Origin: a bacterium
Lineage (GTDB): Bacteria > UBA8248
Reading direction: 5' to 3'
DNA length: 64,000 nucleotides
NCBI GenBank assembly: GCA_965261085.1
Contig: OZ253442.1
Span: forward strand, 3,200,001-3,264,000
Part shown: one piece after another, positions 1-8,669 of the stretch
Layout: every line of letters begins with the position of its first letter
Numbering within the stretch: the first letter of the stretch is position 1
Translations under genes and position numbers: made by a program
The notes under the pieces: model-generated
Told to the model about the DNA's origin: nothing
The model's database searches: none
The model's input: only the letters and a program-made list of their open reading frames with translations

Positions 1-36
1 GACGGGGCCCCTGCAACAGAAATTCAAATTCTAGGC

Positions 37-1653
37 CTACTTAAGGTAAGCGTCCTCCCGCGTACAATAAGCGCAGTAGGGACGCGTGACCACATCCGCC
101 CATTTTGCTGAATGCGTGTGGACGAACGGCGTCTCGAACAGCGGGATCACGGGCGCGTCGGCCGCGACCATATCGGCGATCTGACGCCAAGCGGCGCCCC
201 GCTTCTTTACGTCCTGGATCTGCCATTCGGCGTCAAGAAGACTCTGAACGCCGACGTTGATGTAGGATGGTGCATTGTTGAAGTTCGCCGAGCCGATGTT
301 GTTTCTGTCATAGACCCGGGTCACGCTGATCTTGGGGTCCGGACCGGTGGTGAAGAACTGCATCATGATGTCGAAGTTGTGGTTGATGTACACCTTCTGC
401 AGTGTCGCCGCCCGGTCGAAGGATTCGATCTTGATGTCGATGCCGACCTTCTTGAGTTGTTGCTTGATCACCTCGGCCGCCAATCCCTCAAAGTTGCGGC
501 CACGAGCCCAGGTTAGCGTGAGGCCGAAGCGTTTGCCTCCTTTCATCGGGTAGCCCGCCTCATCGAGCAGCCTGTTCGCCATGGCCACGTCATGCTTGTA
601 CTGATCAAAGCTGCCCTTGTGCGCCCACCTCATGGCAGAGTGCATGATGCCGTTCGCCACTTTCGCGGTGCCCCCGGAAGCCAGTTGGCTGATCTGGTTC
701 TTATCCAGCGCATACGCAATCGCCTGGCGAACCTTCACGTTTCCGGTAATCGGCCGCCGGAGGTTCAAGAGCATGAAGTCGACCTGTCCTGTCGCCTCTC
801 CCCCTTTATCTAGGACGACGAGTTTCGGGTTCTTCCTGAGACGGTCGGCCTGATCCCAGGGGACGAGGGCTGCGCGCAGATAGTCGATCTCCCCTTTCTC
901 CAGGGCAATGAGCCGGGTGTTGGCGTCCGAGATGAACCGGATAACCAATTCATCCGCGTAGGGCTTGGGCGCGTTCCAGTAATTCGGGTTCCGCACGAGC
1001 CTGACGTGGCTTCCCTTCTTGTATTCCTTGAGCATGAAGGGCCCCGTTCCTACGGGTTTCTTGCTCCACGGAGCGTTCAGGAACGCCTTGCGGCTGCCCA
1101 CATGATCCTTCCAGAGATGCTTGGGGTAGATGGCGGGTCCACCGAAGATCACGCCCATAACCGTGAGCAACGGGGCGAAAGGCTTCTTGAGGCGCACGAC
1201 GACGGTGTACTTGTCCGGCGCTTCCACCTTCTCCGCCACCGGCTTCCAGAAAACGCGCGACCGGGGATTGTACGGGAGGCACTTCTCCAGCGAGAACTTG
1301 ACGTCCTCGCTCGTCATCTCCTTGCCGTCATGGAACTTCACGCCCTTTCGGAGGTGGAAAATGAGCGTTTTCCCTCCGTCTTTGACCTCCCAGGACTTCG
1401 CCAATTCCGGCTTCGGATTGAGATTGAAGTCGAGGGTGATCAGCTTGTTGTAGATGTTGACGGCCGGCACCTGGACCGTGGTGCCCGGTTTGACGATCAG
1501 GTTGAAGTGCCCCGGGTCGGCTTCCAGGCCGATAACCAGCGTGCCTCCCCGCTTCTGTGCCCATGCGACCCCTTGAACCTGGCCGAGGGCAAGCAACGCC
1601 GCGAGAACAAAGAAAATAGCGACGCTTCCAAATCGGATCTTATTCCGTTCCAT
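37..1653 (-). CDS. ABC transporter substrate-binding protein, family 5 (peptide/nickel)
   Basis: Family-5 motifs (PELAKSWEV, FHLRKGVKFHDG, PVGTGPF, VRQAIAYALD). Start moved to ATG 1653 (MERNKIRF..., signal peptide) after a GGAGGG RBS. C-terminus contains YCAYC. Confidence 0.93.
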   Translation of the reverse strand: MERNKIRFGSVAIFFVLAALLALGQVQGVAWAQKRGGTLVIGLEADPGHFNLIVKPGTTVQVPAVNIYNKLITLDFNLNPKPELAKSWEVKDGGKTLIFHLRKGVKFHDGKEMTSEDVKFSLEKCLPYNPRSRVFWKPVAEKVEAPDKYTVVVRLKKPFAPLLTVMGVIFGGPAIYPKHLWKDHVGSRKAFLNAPWSKKPVGTGPFMLKEYKKGSHVRLVRNPNYWNAPKPYADELVIRFISDANTRLIALEKGEIDYLRAALVPWDQADRLRKNPKLVVLDKGGEATGQVDFMLLNLRRPITGNVKVRQAIAYALDKNQISQLASGGTAKVANGIMHSAMRWAHKGSFDQYKHDVAMANRLLDEAGYPMKGGKRFGLTLTWARGRNFEGLAAEVIKQQLKKVGIDIKIESFDRAATLQKVYINHNFDIMMQFFTTGPDPKISVTRVYDRNNIGSANFNNAPSYINVGVQSLLDAEWQIQDVKKRGAAWRQIADMVAADAPVIPLFETPFVHTHSAKWADVVTRPYCAYCTREDAYLK

Positions 1654-1823
1654 TGCTCTTCCCTCCAAAATGATGGATTGACACCAACACCCCTGTATGG
1701 AACGGGATGTTGCGCCGCAATGTCCTATCACCCCCGGCATTGAACCCCCGCCATTCGGCAAGGGCTCAATTATCGGGTCCGATAGGGTGTTGACTCCGTT
1801 CCTCTCCCGAGTCCGACTCACGT

Positions 1824-2879
1824 TCAGTCGGTGAAAGAAAATTCAATCTTGCGCGTAACGCTATGCGTGGTTCCGAATGTCGGGATGACGAGGCTATGCT
1901 TCCCGAGACCTCCTGCGACGAACAGGCAGATGCTCTCCTCATCGTCGACGACGGGAATGCTCTCCAGGTCTTCTCTGGCGAAGAGTTCGCCTCGGCGCCC
2001 CCGCGCCCGTTCGAGGTTCGCCGGCGCAAAGAAAGACGTTGGCACCCTGCCCCTCTCATAAAGGAAAGCCCGGATTCGCGGTGGATCCCAGCCGTCGCGA
2101 ACAAACATGTCGACGTGTTCGGGGCCGAGAATGACCACCATCTCCCCGCCGAAAAGCGCGTTGTTGCTCCCCGCCTGCATCATCGACGAGGCGATGGATT
2201 GAAGCACTCCCTCGCCCTCCGTGCTGCTCGCGTCGTTGACCATAATATGCGGGTCGATGGCGATAACCGTCACGGCGCTGTCCGAACGCTCGAGGCCGCG
2301 CTCGACGTGGAGCGGCGGCCACGGGCTCGCCTCTTCGTTTTCGCCGATACAGCTTGAAAACTTGCCCTGGTGGCCGAAGGTGCTGCGATCGGTGTCGCCC
2401 GGTATGGCGCCCCCGATGTTTTGCAGGATGAACCGGAATGCCCTGCCGATGGTGGCGTTGGCCCGCCAACCCTGGCCGAAGAGGTTTTCCTTGCAATTGA
2501 TTCCCAGCGCGTGGCGAGCGGGCCCGTGGACAACGATGAGCTGCGCGATACAGTTCGTGGTCCCCTGAACTCCCGGGAGGTTGTAAATGGGGTCAAAGAT
2601 GGCATTGACGGCGGTAATGAGGATAGGCATGTACTCGGGCTTACAGCCCGCCATGGCGGCGTTGATGGCGATCTTCTCGATCGTGGCGTCGCCGAAGAGG
2701 TGGGGGATGCGTCCATGGGACTCCGGGGGTGGCCGCCCCGAAGCCTCCACCATGTTTGCCACCAGCTCTTCGGTGGGCGGGATGACGGGCATTCCATCTC
2801 CCCAGCCCTGTTGCATTATGTATTCAAGCAGTTCCAGGGGGGAGTCCGCCACCTCGTGGCGCTTGGAGGTCAGTTTCAT
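1824..2879 (-). CDS. conserved protein of the type found next to UGSC (seleno)proteins, function unknown
   Basis: 351-aa ORF with GWGDGMPVIPPT, EKIAINAAMAGC and RANATIGRA motifs that I recognise from UGSC-linked proteins; start overlaps the upstream stop (ATGA). Confidence 0.75.
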   Translation of the reverse strand: MKLTSKRHEVADSPLELLEYIMQQGWGDGMPVIPPTEELVANMVEASGRPPPESHGRIPHLFGDATIEKIAINAAMAGCKPEYMPILITAVNAIFDPIYNLPGVQGTTNCIAQLIVVHGPARHALGINCKENLFGQGWRANATIGRAFRFILQNIGGAIPGDTDRSTFGHQGKFSSCIGENEEASPWPPLHVERGLERSDSAVTVIAIDPHIMVNDASSTEGEGVLQSIASSMMQAGSNNALFGGEMVVILGPEHVDMFVRDGWDPPRIRAFLYERGRVPTSFFAPANLERARGRRGELFAREDLESIPVVDDEESICLFVAGGLGKHSLVIPTFGTTHSVTRKIEFSFTD

Positions 2880-3433
2880 TCTTTGTCTTCCGGAGGTGGC
2901 GTCACTGTAAGAGACTTCGCGACGCTTTCCAGTATCTGGTCCGCGTGGGTATGCACCGTATCGATCGGGATTCCAGTGATGGGGTGGGGGATCGAGACCA
3001 TGGGGAGGTCCGCAAAACCCAAGGCCCCCGCCTTCTTGCGACCAAAGGCCTCGAACATATCCGTGATGATGGTGAGAGTGGGTATCCCGCGCTGTTCCAG
3101 CTTAATCGCGTCGTGGATACTCCACGGCGTGCAAGACCCTCAGTCGGGCACCGCGTTCACCACGAAGTCGCACTCACTGGCCATCCGTTCGACCAGATCC
3201 TCCTCCAGGGGGAGCGCGCTGCCTCCCTTGCGGTAGTGAGTGAACGAGCCGATAGGAAATTTCCCGCGCAACCGCTCCTCCAACCGGCGGAGCAGCTTGT
3301 CGGAGTTGGGTTTCGTGTTGTCGAGAAGCCCGAGGCGAATTCCCTCAAGCAAGGCGGGCCGGGCGGCCGGCCGCACCTTTTCAATCAAAGGGGGTATTCC
3401 CGAGGGATCGAGGATCACCAAAGTCTTCCCCAA
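2876..3433 (-). CDS. UGSC-family selenoprotein (Sec at TGA 3142-3140), about 185 aa
   Basis: ORFs 3140..3433 and 2876..3058 are in one frame. Reading through the TGA gives ...VNAVPD-U-GSCTPWSIHDAIKLEQRGIPTLTIITD-MFEAF... with no other stop. TTG start follows a GGAGGAG RBS. Confidence 0.88.
3109..3129 (-). promoter_or_regulatory. putative bacterial SECIS element
   Basis: The minus strand after UGA reads GGGTCTTGCA-CGCCGTGGA-GTA-TCCACGACG. This forms a 9-position stem with one mismatch and an apical loop starting with G-U, 19 nt from the UGA. Confidence 0.7.
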
Positions 3434-3494
3434 AAAAGACTCCTCCCCAACAAATACGTGGATTCGCGCTCAACTTGGTTTGCACTTATTAAAG

Positions 3495-3560
3495 CAAGAT
3501 CCGATATTGATATGATGTTTTAAGATAAATCATCCTGTCATATATCATGGATTGTGTCAA
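3495..3560 (-). promoter_or_regulatory. sigma70-type promoter with AT-rich operator-like repeats, upstream of the UGSC gene
   Basis: TTGACA (3560-3555), 17-nt spacer, TGn-CAGGAT (3540-3532); repeated ATGATATA/ATATC motifs overlap it. Confidence 0.5.
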
Positions 3561-3780
3561 CAAACCCTTGATTTGCCCCTGCGCCAAAGGGTTCGACAGA
3601 ATCGGCATTCAATATGGGCAGCTAACTGATCTCACGCCCGTTCAGAAATTCCCGCACGGCTGAATGAGCCGAACCGCTCCGCCGCCATACATGCCCGCGC
3701 CCGGCATCCACCCACCGCAAATGCGGATTTAACCCATCCAGGAAAGGAGTGATTTTGAAGGCCGCGCTCTTTTGAAGTCT

Positions 3781-5082
3781 TTACAACTCGATCACGTCCA
3801 TCGCGTCGGGAGTGAGAATCCGGGGGCCGCTCTCCTCGACTATCACCTGGGGGCCGAAGACGATGAACATCCTGTCCTCGTGCGCGGCCTTTACCTCCAC
3901 AGCCAAGGCCATGCCCGCCTCGACCTCGAAATCCTCCAGAAAACCGTAGCGATCGCCCGCTAGTTCGCGCCATTCGGGGTTCTCGGCGAGGCTCCCCTCA
4001 ACGTACGGCTCGCGCCACGAAGAATCTCTTGGAATATCACCCGCGCATATCGTCGTCATGGGCGGCTCGATGCCGTCGATTCCCACGCCGTGCACCTGGG
4101 GGATTTCGTGGTAATACCCGCTTCTGAGCACCGCCTCGTTCGATGCCCTGTCCACCTCGGACCATGGCGTCCCGGGCTTCAAGGCGCCCAGCGCGGCGCT
4201 TAAGCTCTCCAGCACCGCCTCGCGCAGGGGCTTGTATTCCTCATCCATCGGGCCAATCGACATCGACGTGTGCGGGTGGCTCCAGTAGCCCCCGTAGCGC
4301 GCGTAATAGCCGATGCACAGCATGTCGCCCGTGCGCAGAATCCTGTCCGTGGGTCTTCTGTTCACCGGATATCCCTTGCCCGAGCAGAGGATGAGCCAGC
4401 TATCGCGGCCCGGCTCCGCCCCCGCGCGCAGGCTCGCGCTGAAAAGCTGCGCGTACACCTCGCTCTCCCGCACGCCCGGGCGGCAGCAGCCGAGCACGGC
4501 GTCTATCTCGATGTTCACCATCTCGGCCGCTTTTTCCAGCATCGCGACTTCCTCGGCGCTCTTCACCATGCGGAGGCGCGTCAAGATGTCCGAAGCGTCG
4601 GCGAACGCCGCGTTCGGCAGGAGGCGCTTCAGGTTTTGGTACGTCATGTAGGGAATCGCGCCCTCGGCGCCGTATCCCCCGCCGATCAGGCCGACGATTC
4701 CGATTCTCCCGCTCTCATACCCCAGTTCCTTGATGGCGTCGGTGGCCACGATGCTCACCTTCCCCTCGTGCCCCCGGTAGCGCACCCCCTCGAAACACGA
4801 TTCGGTGTACCACTTGCCCCAGTTCTGCAGGAGCCAGAAGGTGACGGGCGCTCCTTTCCGGGGAAACACCATGCTGCGCTCCCCGTAATCACCCCCGTCG
4901 AGCCAGCGGGTGTCGCCGTTTCCGTTCGAGCCGCGTCCGATGACGATGAGGCAATCGAGCCCGCGCTCATCCATGGCGGCGCGAACCGCGTTCCACCGCC
5001 TGTCGCGCTCTTCAGCAGAAAACGAAGCCGCAGCGTCGCCCGCGCGGCCGTCTTTCGGGAAAAACCTGGGATCCGTTACCAT
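3781..5082 (-). CDS. M24 (Xaa-Pro aminopeptidase/creatinase) fold protein with atypical metal site
   Basis: Creatinase-like N-domain (ERDRRWNAVRAAM..LDCLIV), LRMVKSAEE, HGVG. Start near 5082-5085 after AGGAGA. Confidence 0.85.
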   Translation of the reverse strand: MVTDPRFFPKDGRAGDAAASFSAEERDRRWNAVRAAMDERGLDCLIVIGRGSNGNGDTRWLDGGDYGERSMVFPRKGAPVTFWLLQNWGKWYTESCFEGVRYRGHEGKVSIVATDAIKELGYESGRIGIVGLIGGGYGAEGAIPYMTYQNLKRLLPNAAFADASDILTRLRMVKSAEEVAMLEKAAEMVNIEIDAVLGCCRPGVRESEVYAQLFSASLRAGAEPGRDSWLILCSGKGYPVNRRPTDRILRTGDMLCIGYYARYGGYWSHPHTSMSIGPMDEEYKPLREAVLESLSAALGALKPGTPWSEVDRASNEAVLRSGYYHEIPQVHGVGIDGIEPPMTTICAGDIPRDSSWREPYVEGSLAENPEWRELAGDRYGFLEDFEVEAGMALAVEVKAAHEDRMFIVFGPQVIVEESGPRILTPDAMDVIEL

Positions 5083-5201
5083 CATCTTCTCCTGAAATTT
5101 TCGGGGCGAATCTCCTCCGCGCGACTGGACGCCGACGCGCGGAATCATTTAGCCTCAGTTGTCATTTACCCTCACTATAATGGATGCGCAGGCGCCTGAA
5201 A

Positions 5202-6335
5202 ATGATGGATACGGAATTCGCTTGTATCGACTGCGGGGAGAAATACCCCGCGAACCTCCCCCGCTGGCGGTGCGGCTGCGGCGGACCTTTGGAAGTGGAG
5301 CCGAGCGGCATATTCACGCGCGAGTCCCTCGCAAAACGCCCCGCCACCCTTTGGCGCTACCGGGAGGCGATTCCCATCGAAGCGGATGAGAACATCGTCA
5401 GCATGAACGAGGGCATGACGCCGCTCGTCCCCCTCGATTTTTGGGGGATGGAAATTCTCTGCAAGCTCGATTTCCTTTTTCCCACGGGCTCTTTCAAGGA
5501 TCGGGGCGCCACCGTACTGATGAGCAAGATGAAGGAGTGGGGACTCAAGCAAGTGCTCATGGATTCTTCGGGCAACGCCGCCGCCGCCATCGCCGCCTAC
5601 GCCGCCCGCGCAGGCATCGAATGCGATGTCTACGCGCCCGCTTCCACCTCAGCGGCCAAGTGCGCGCAAATCACCGCCTATGGCGCGAATCTTCACAAAA
5701 TACCCGGCCCCCGGGCCGCCTCCACAGACGCCGCCATGAAAGCGGCGAAAGAGCGCTTCTACGCCTCTCATTTCTGGAACCCCTGGTTCAACCACGGAAC
5801 CAAGACCTGGGCGTTCGAGGTATGGGAGCAGCTTGGATTCCGTGCGCCCGACGCCGTGGTCGCCCCCGCCGGACACGGTTCGGCCCTCATCGGCGCGTAC
5901 CTGGGCTTTTCGGAACTCCTCCGGGCGGGCTATATCGATAAACTCCCCAAAATCTTCGCGGCCCAGGCGGCCAATTGCGCGCCGATGGTGCGGATGTGGG
6001 AGGAAAACCTCAAAACCGTCCCCGAAGTCACTCCTCAAGATACGCTCGCGGAGGGCATATCCATCTCTACGCCCGTGCGCTGGAAGCAGATGCTTGAAGC
6101 TATCCGCGAGAGCGGGGGTTGTTTCATCGCTGTCGACGATGCAATGCTCCCTCCCCTCCTCCGGGAGTTCGGCGGAAAAGGAATCCTGATGGAGCCTACG
6201 AGCGCCGTCGCCTTCGCGGCGCTCGCTCTTTTGAAGGAGCAGGGAAAGGTCAAGCCGTCTGAAATCGTGGTCGTTCCGGTGACGGGCCACGGCCTCAAGG
6301 CCGCCGATAAACTCGAAAAGATAATGAGCGCCTGA
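5202..6335 (+). CDS. thrC: threonine synthase-family PLP enzyme
   Basis: FPTGSFKDRG (PLP lysine), SSGNAA, EPTSA, TGHGLK; N-terminal Cys cluster. Confidence 0.85.
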   Translation: MMDTEFACIDCGEKYPANLPRWRCGCGGPLEVEPSGIFTRESLAKRPATLWRYREAIPIEADENIVSMNEGMTPLVPLDFWGMEILCKLDFLFPTGSFKDRGATVLMSKMKEWGLKQVLMDSSGNAAAAIAAYAARAGIECDVYAPASTSAAKCAQITAYGANLHKIPGPRAASTDAAMKAAKERFYASHFWNPWFNHGTKTWAFEVWEQLGFRAPDAVVAPAGHGSALIGAYLGFSELLRAGYIDKLPKIFAAQAANCAPMVRMWEENLKTVPEVTPQDTLAEGISISTPVRWKQMLEAIRESGGCFIAVDDAMLPPLLREFGGKGILMEPTSAVAFAALALLKEQGKVKPSEIVVVPVTGHGLKAADKLEKIMSA

Positions 6336-7060
6336 TGGATTTTCGCCTCACGGAAAAGACCAGGGGAGCCTATTTTCGCCAGGGCATGAAACATTGCGTC
6401 CAGGCGCCCGGAATCGGGCTTTTCGCCGCCATGTCGGGCTTCGGCGCCCTCGCCAAGGAGAGCGGCGTGTCGCTCCTGATCGCGCTGGGCATGACGGGCG
6501 GCCTCTGGAGCACGCCGGGCCAGGTGGCCTTCGCGGAGCTGTTCGCCACAGGCATCGGAGGAGTCGCCCTCATCGCCTCGGTCACCATCGCCAACGTGAG
6601 AATGTTCCCCTTGACCATCGCCACCATGCCGCTCTTGAGATCGCGGCCGGGTCTGCAGCCCGTGCAATTCTGGATAGCACACATCAACTCGGTCACCTCC
6701 TTCGTCCAGGTCGTCGAGATGAGCCACCACGTCTCGGACAGGAGCCTGCGCACCGCCTATTTCTTCGGCTTCACGACGGCCACGATGTCCCTCGGGCTTC
6801 TCGGCACCACGTTCGGCTACACGGTGGCCAATCAATTGCCCGGCGTGGTGGGCCAGTCGCTGGTGTTCATCACCCCTTTGTATATGCTGCTGCTGGCGGC
6901 CCAGAGCAGCCAGCGCTCGGTTCTGATGTCGGTGGTCCTGGGCTGCGTCCTCGTGCCCCTGGGGCACCTCGTCTCCACCAACTGGGGGCTGCTCACGGGC
7001 GGCGTCCTGGCCGGAACGCTCGCGTACGCAATCGAAAGAGCGAGGAAGCGCCATGCCTGA
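6335..7060 (+). CDS. azlC: AzlC-family membrane protein
   Basis: Multi-TM protein with FGALA...GQVA...NVRMFP pattern; coupled to an AzlD-like gene. Confidence 0.8.
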   Translation: MDFRLTEKTRGAYFRQGMKHCVQAPGIGLFAAMSGFGALAKESGVSLLIALGMTGGLWSTPGQVAFAELFATGIGGVALIASVTIANVRMFPLTIATMPLLRSRPGLQPVQFWIAHINSVTSFVQVVEMSHHVSDRSLRTAYFFGFTTATMSLGLLGTTFGYTVANQLPGVVGQSLVFITPLYMLLLAAQSSQRSVLMSVVLGCVLVPLGHLVSTNWGLLTGGVLAGTLAYAIERARKRHA

Positions 7061-7385
7061 CGCCGCGAGTCTGCTGGGAATCGCCATCGTCTGCACGTAT
7101 TCCTGGCGGTGGCTGGGCGTACTCGTCGCGGGCCGGATGGATGACGACAGCCCCATTTTCGAGTGGGTGACCTGCGTGGCCTACGCCATCGCCACCGGCT
7201 TGATGATGAAGATCATCCTGCTGCCCGGCGGCGCGCTCACCGAGACGCACCTCGTCGACCGCCTCGCGGGGCTGGCGGTCTGCGTGGGCGTCTTCTATTG
7301 TGCGGGAAAAAACCTGCTCGCAGGACTTGGCGCGGGCGTGTTCGTATTCATGCTGTTTCCGGGCTTGCGGAGCCTGCTGTTCTAG
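7053..7385 (+). CDS. azlD: AzlD-family membrane protein
   Basis: 110-aa hydrophobic ORF (TYSWRWLG) overlapping the azlC stop. Confidence 0.75.
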   Translation: MPDAASLLGIAIVCTYSWRWLGVLVAGRMDDDSPIFEWVTCVAYAIATGLMMKIILLPGGALTETHLVDRLAGLAVCVGVFYCAGKNLLAGLGAGVFVFMLFPGLRSLLF

Positions 7386-7412
7386 CGTCACACAAACGAG
7401 AGGAGAGAAGCC

Positions 7413-8252
7413 ATGGACACCCCGGACACCCCCTGGACGCATGAAAAAAGCTGGCGCGAGGTGCGCGAATATCTCGATTCCGGCCACGATCTGGCCCTCC
7501 TGCCCGTGGGAAGCGTGGAGCAGCACGGCCCGCACATGCCCATGGGCCACGACGCGTTCGCCGCGCACTACGTCGCTCGAGACGCGGGGCAGCGAGCGGG
7601 CGTTCTCGCCTACCCCACCCTCTGGTACGGGTGGAGCAACAACCACATGGCGCTTCCGGGCACGATAACGCTCAGGCCCGAAACCCTGACCGCGATCGTC
7701 ACCGACATCATCGCGAGCATCCTCTACCACGGCTTCAACCGGGTGATCGTGGTGAACGGGCACAGAAGGGGCAACCTGGCGCCGCTCGAAATCGCCGTCA
7801 ACCAGATGCGGCAGAAAACGGGGGCCGCAATCGCCGTGGTGGACGTAGGGATCATCGCCTTCGATAAGGTGGCGGAAATCAGGACGACTCCTCCCGGCGG
7901 CGTGGGCCACGCGGATGAGCTGGAAACATCGCACGCGCTTCACATGTATCCCCACCTCGTGAACCAGGAGAAGGCCAAGCCCCGGATGTCCAACCCCAAC
8001 CCTGATTGGATGACGGCGCACCACATCACCGACCCGGCGGTGGACGCCCCCCGGTTTTTTTACCCCAAGACGGTCGCCGAATACCGGGCCGAGATTGGAG
8101 ACCAGGGGCAATCCGGCGACCCGACGGCGGCGACCGCAGAGAAAGGGCGCGCCTTCCACGAGGCCGTGGTGGAGAGGCTCATGGGCGTCATCGAATATAT
8201 CAAGACGCGCGAGGTGAAGGTCCACCACCGGCCCGCGCCGTTTGATGATTAA
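7413..8252 (+). CDS. creatininase-family amidohydrolase
   Basis: GSVEQHGPH-x4-D, NGH..GN, GHADELETS, GDPTAATAEKG. Confidence 0.9.
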   Translation: MDTPDTPWTHEKSWREVREYLDSGHDLALLPVGSVEQHGPHMPMGHDAFAAHYVARDAGQRAGVLAYPTLWYGWSNNHMALPGTITLRPETLTAIVTDIIASILYHGFNRVIVVNGHRRGNLAPLEIAVNQMRQKTGAAIAVVDVGIIAFDKVAEIRTTPPGGVGHADELETSHALHMYPHLVNQEKAKPRMSNPNPDWMTAHHITDPAVDAPRFFYPKTVAEYRAEIGDQGQSGDPTAATAEKGRAFHEAVVERLMGVIEYIKTREVKVHHRPAPFDD

Positions 8253-8350
8253 AAAAAAAGGCGCATACCACAAGGCTTTTTCACCAATAGGGACTTTGAA
8301 AAAATCCCTTGAACGAGGGTTTGACGCGACCGATGAATGAGCAAGAAACA

Positions 8351-8515
8351 CTCCCCCCTTGAGGGGGAGTCGACGAGCTAAGGGCGCAAGCCCGAAAGCG
8401 AATCGGTGGGGGGTATGAATTTGAAGCGAATTCCTGCAGAAAACCAGAAGCATCCCCCCACCAGCTCGACTTCGGGCTTCGCCCTCGTCTTGCTGGCTCC
8501 CCCTCAAGGGGGGAG
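8351..8515. repeat. REP-like inverted repeat pair (two ~63-bp units)
   Basis: 8351-8414 (CTCCCCCCTTGAGGGGGAG...GGTGGGGGG) and its diverged reverse complement at 8453-8515; partial third unit at about 8548-8562. Confidence 0.75.
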
Positions 8516-8669
8516 CGATTCTTCCTCTTTAATTTGACGCCAATGACCCTCAAGGAGGAGTGGTTGGTGAGTGCTCTAAAATGGGGGAGTGTTGTATCCT
8601 GACTCGTCGGTCATCTAAATACCCAGAATCACGAAATCAGTTTTTTTTAACAACCCCCAATACGGGAGA

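Noticed and set aside
8351-8562. Possible CRISPR array
   Set aside because: The units are inverted and diverged, with no regular repeat-spacer pattern and no cas genes.
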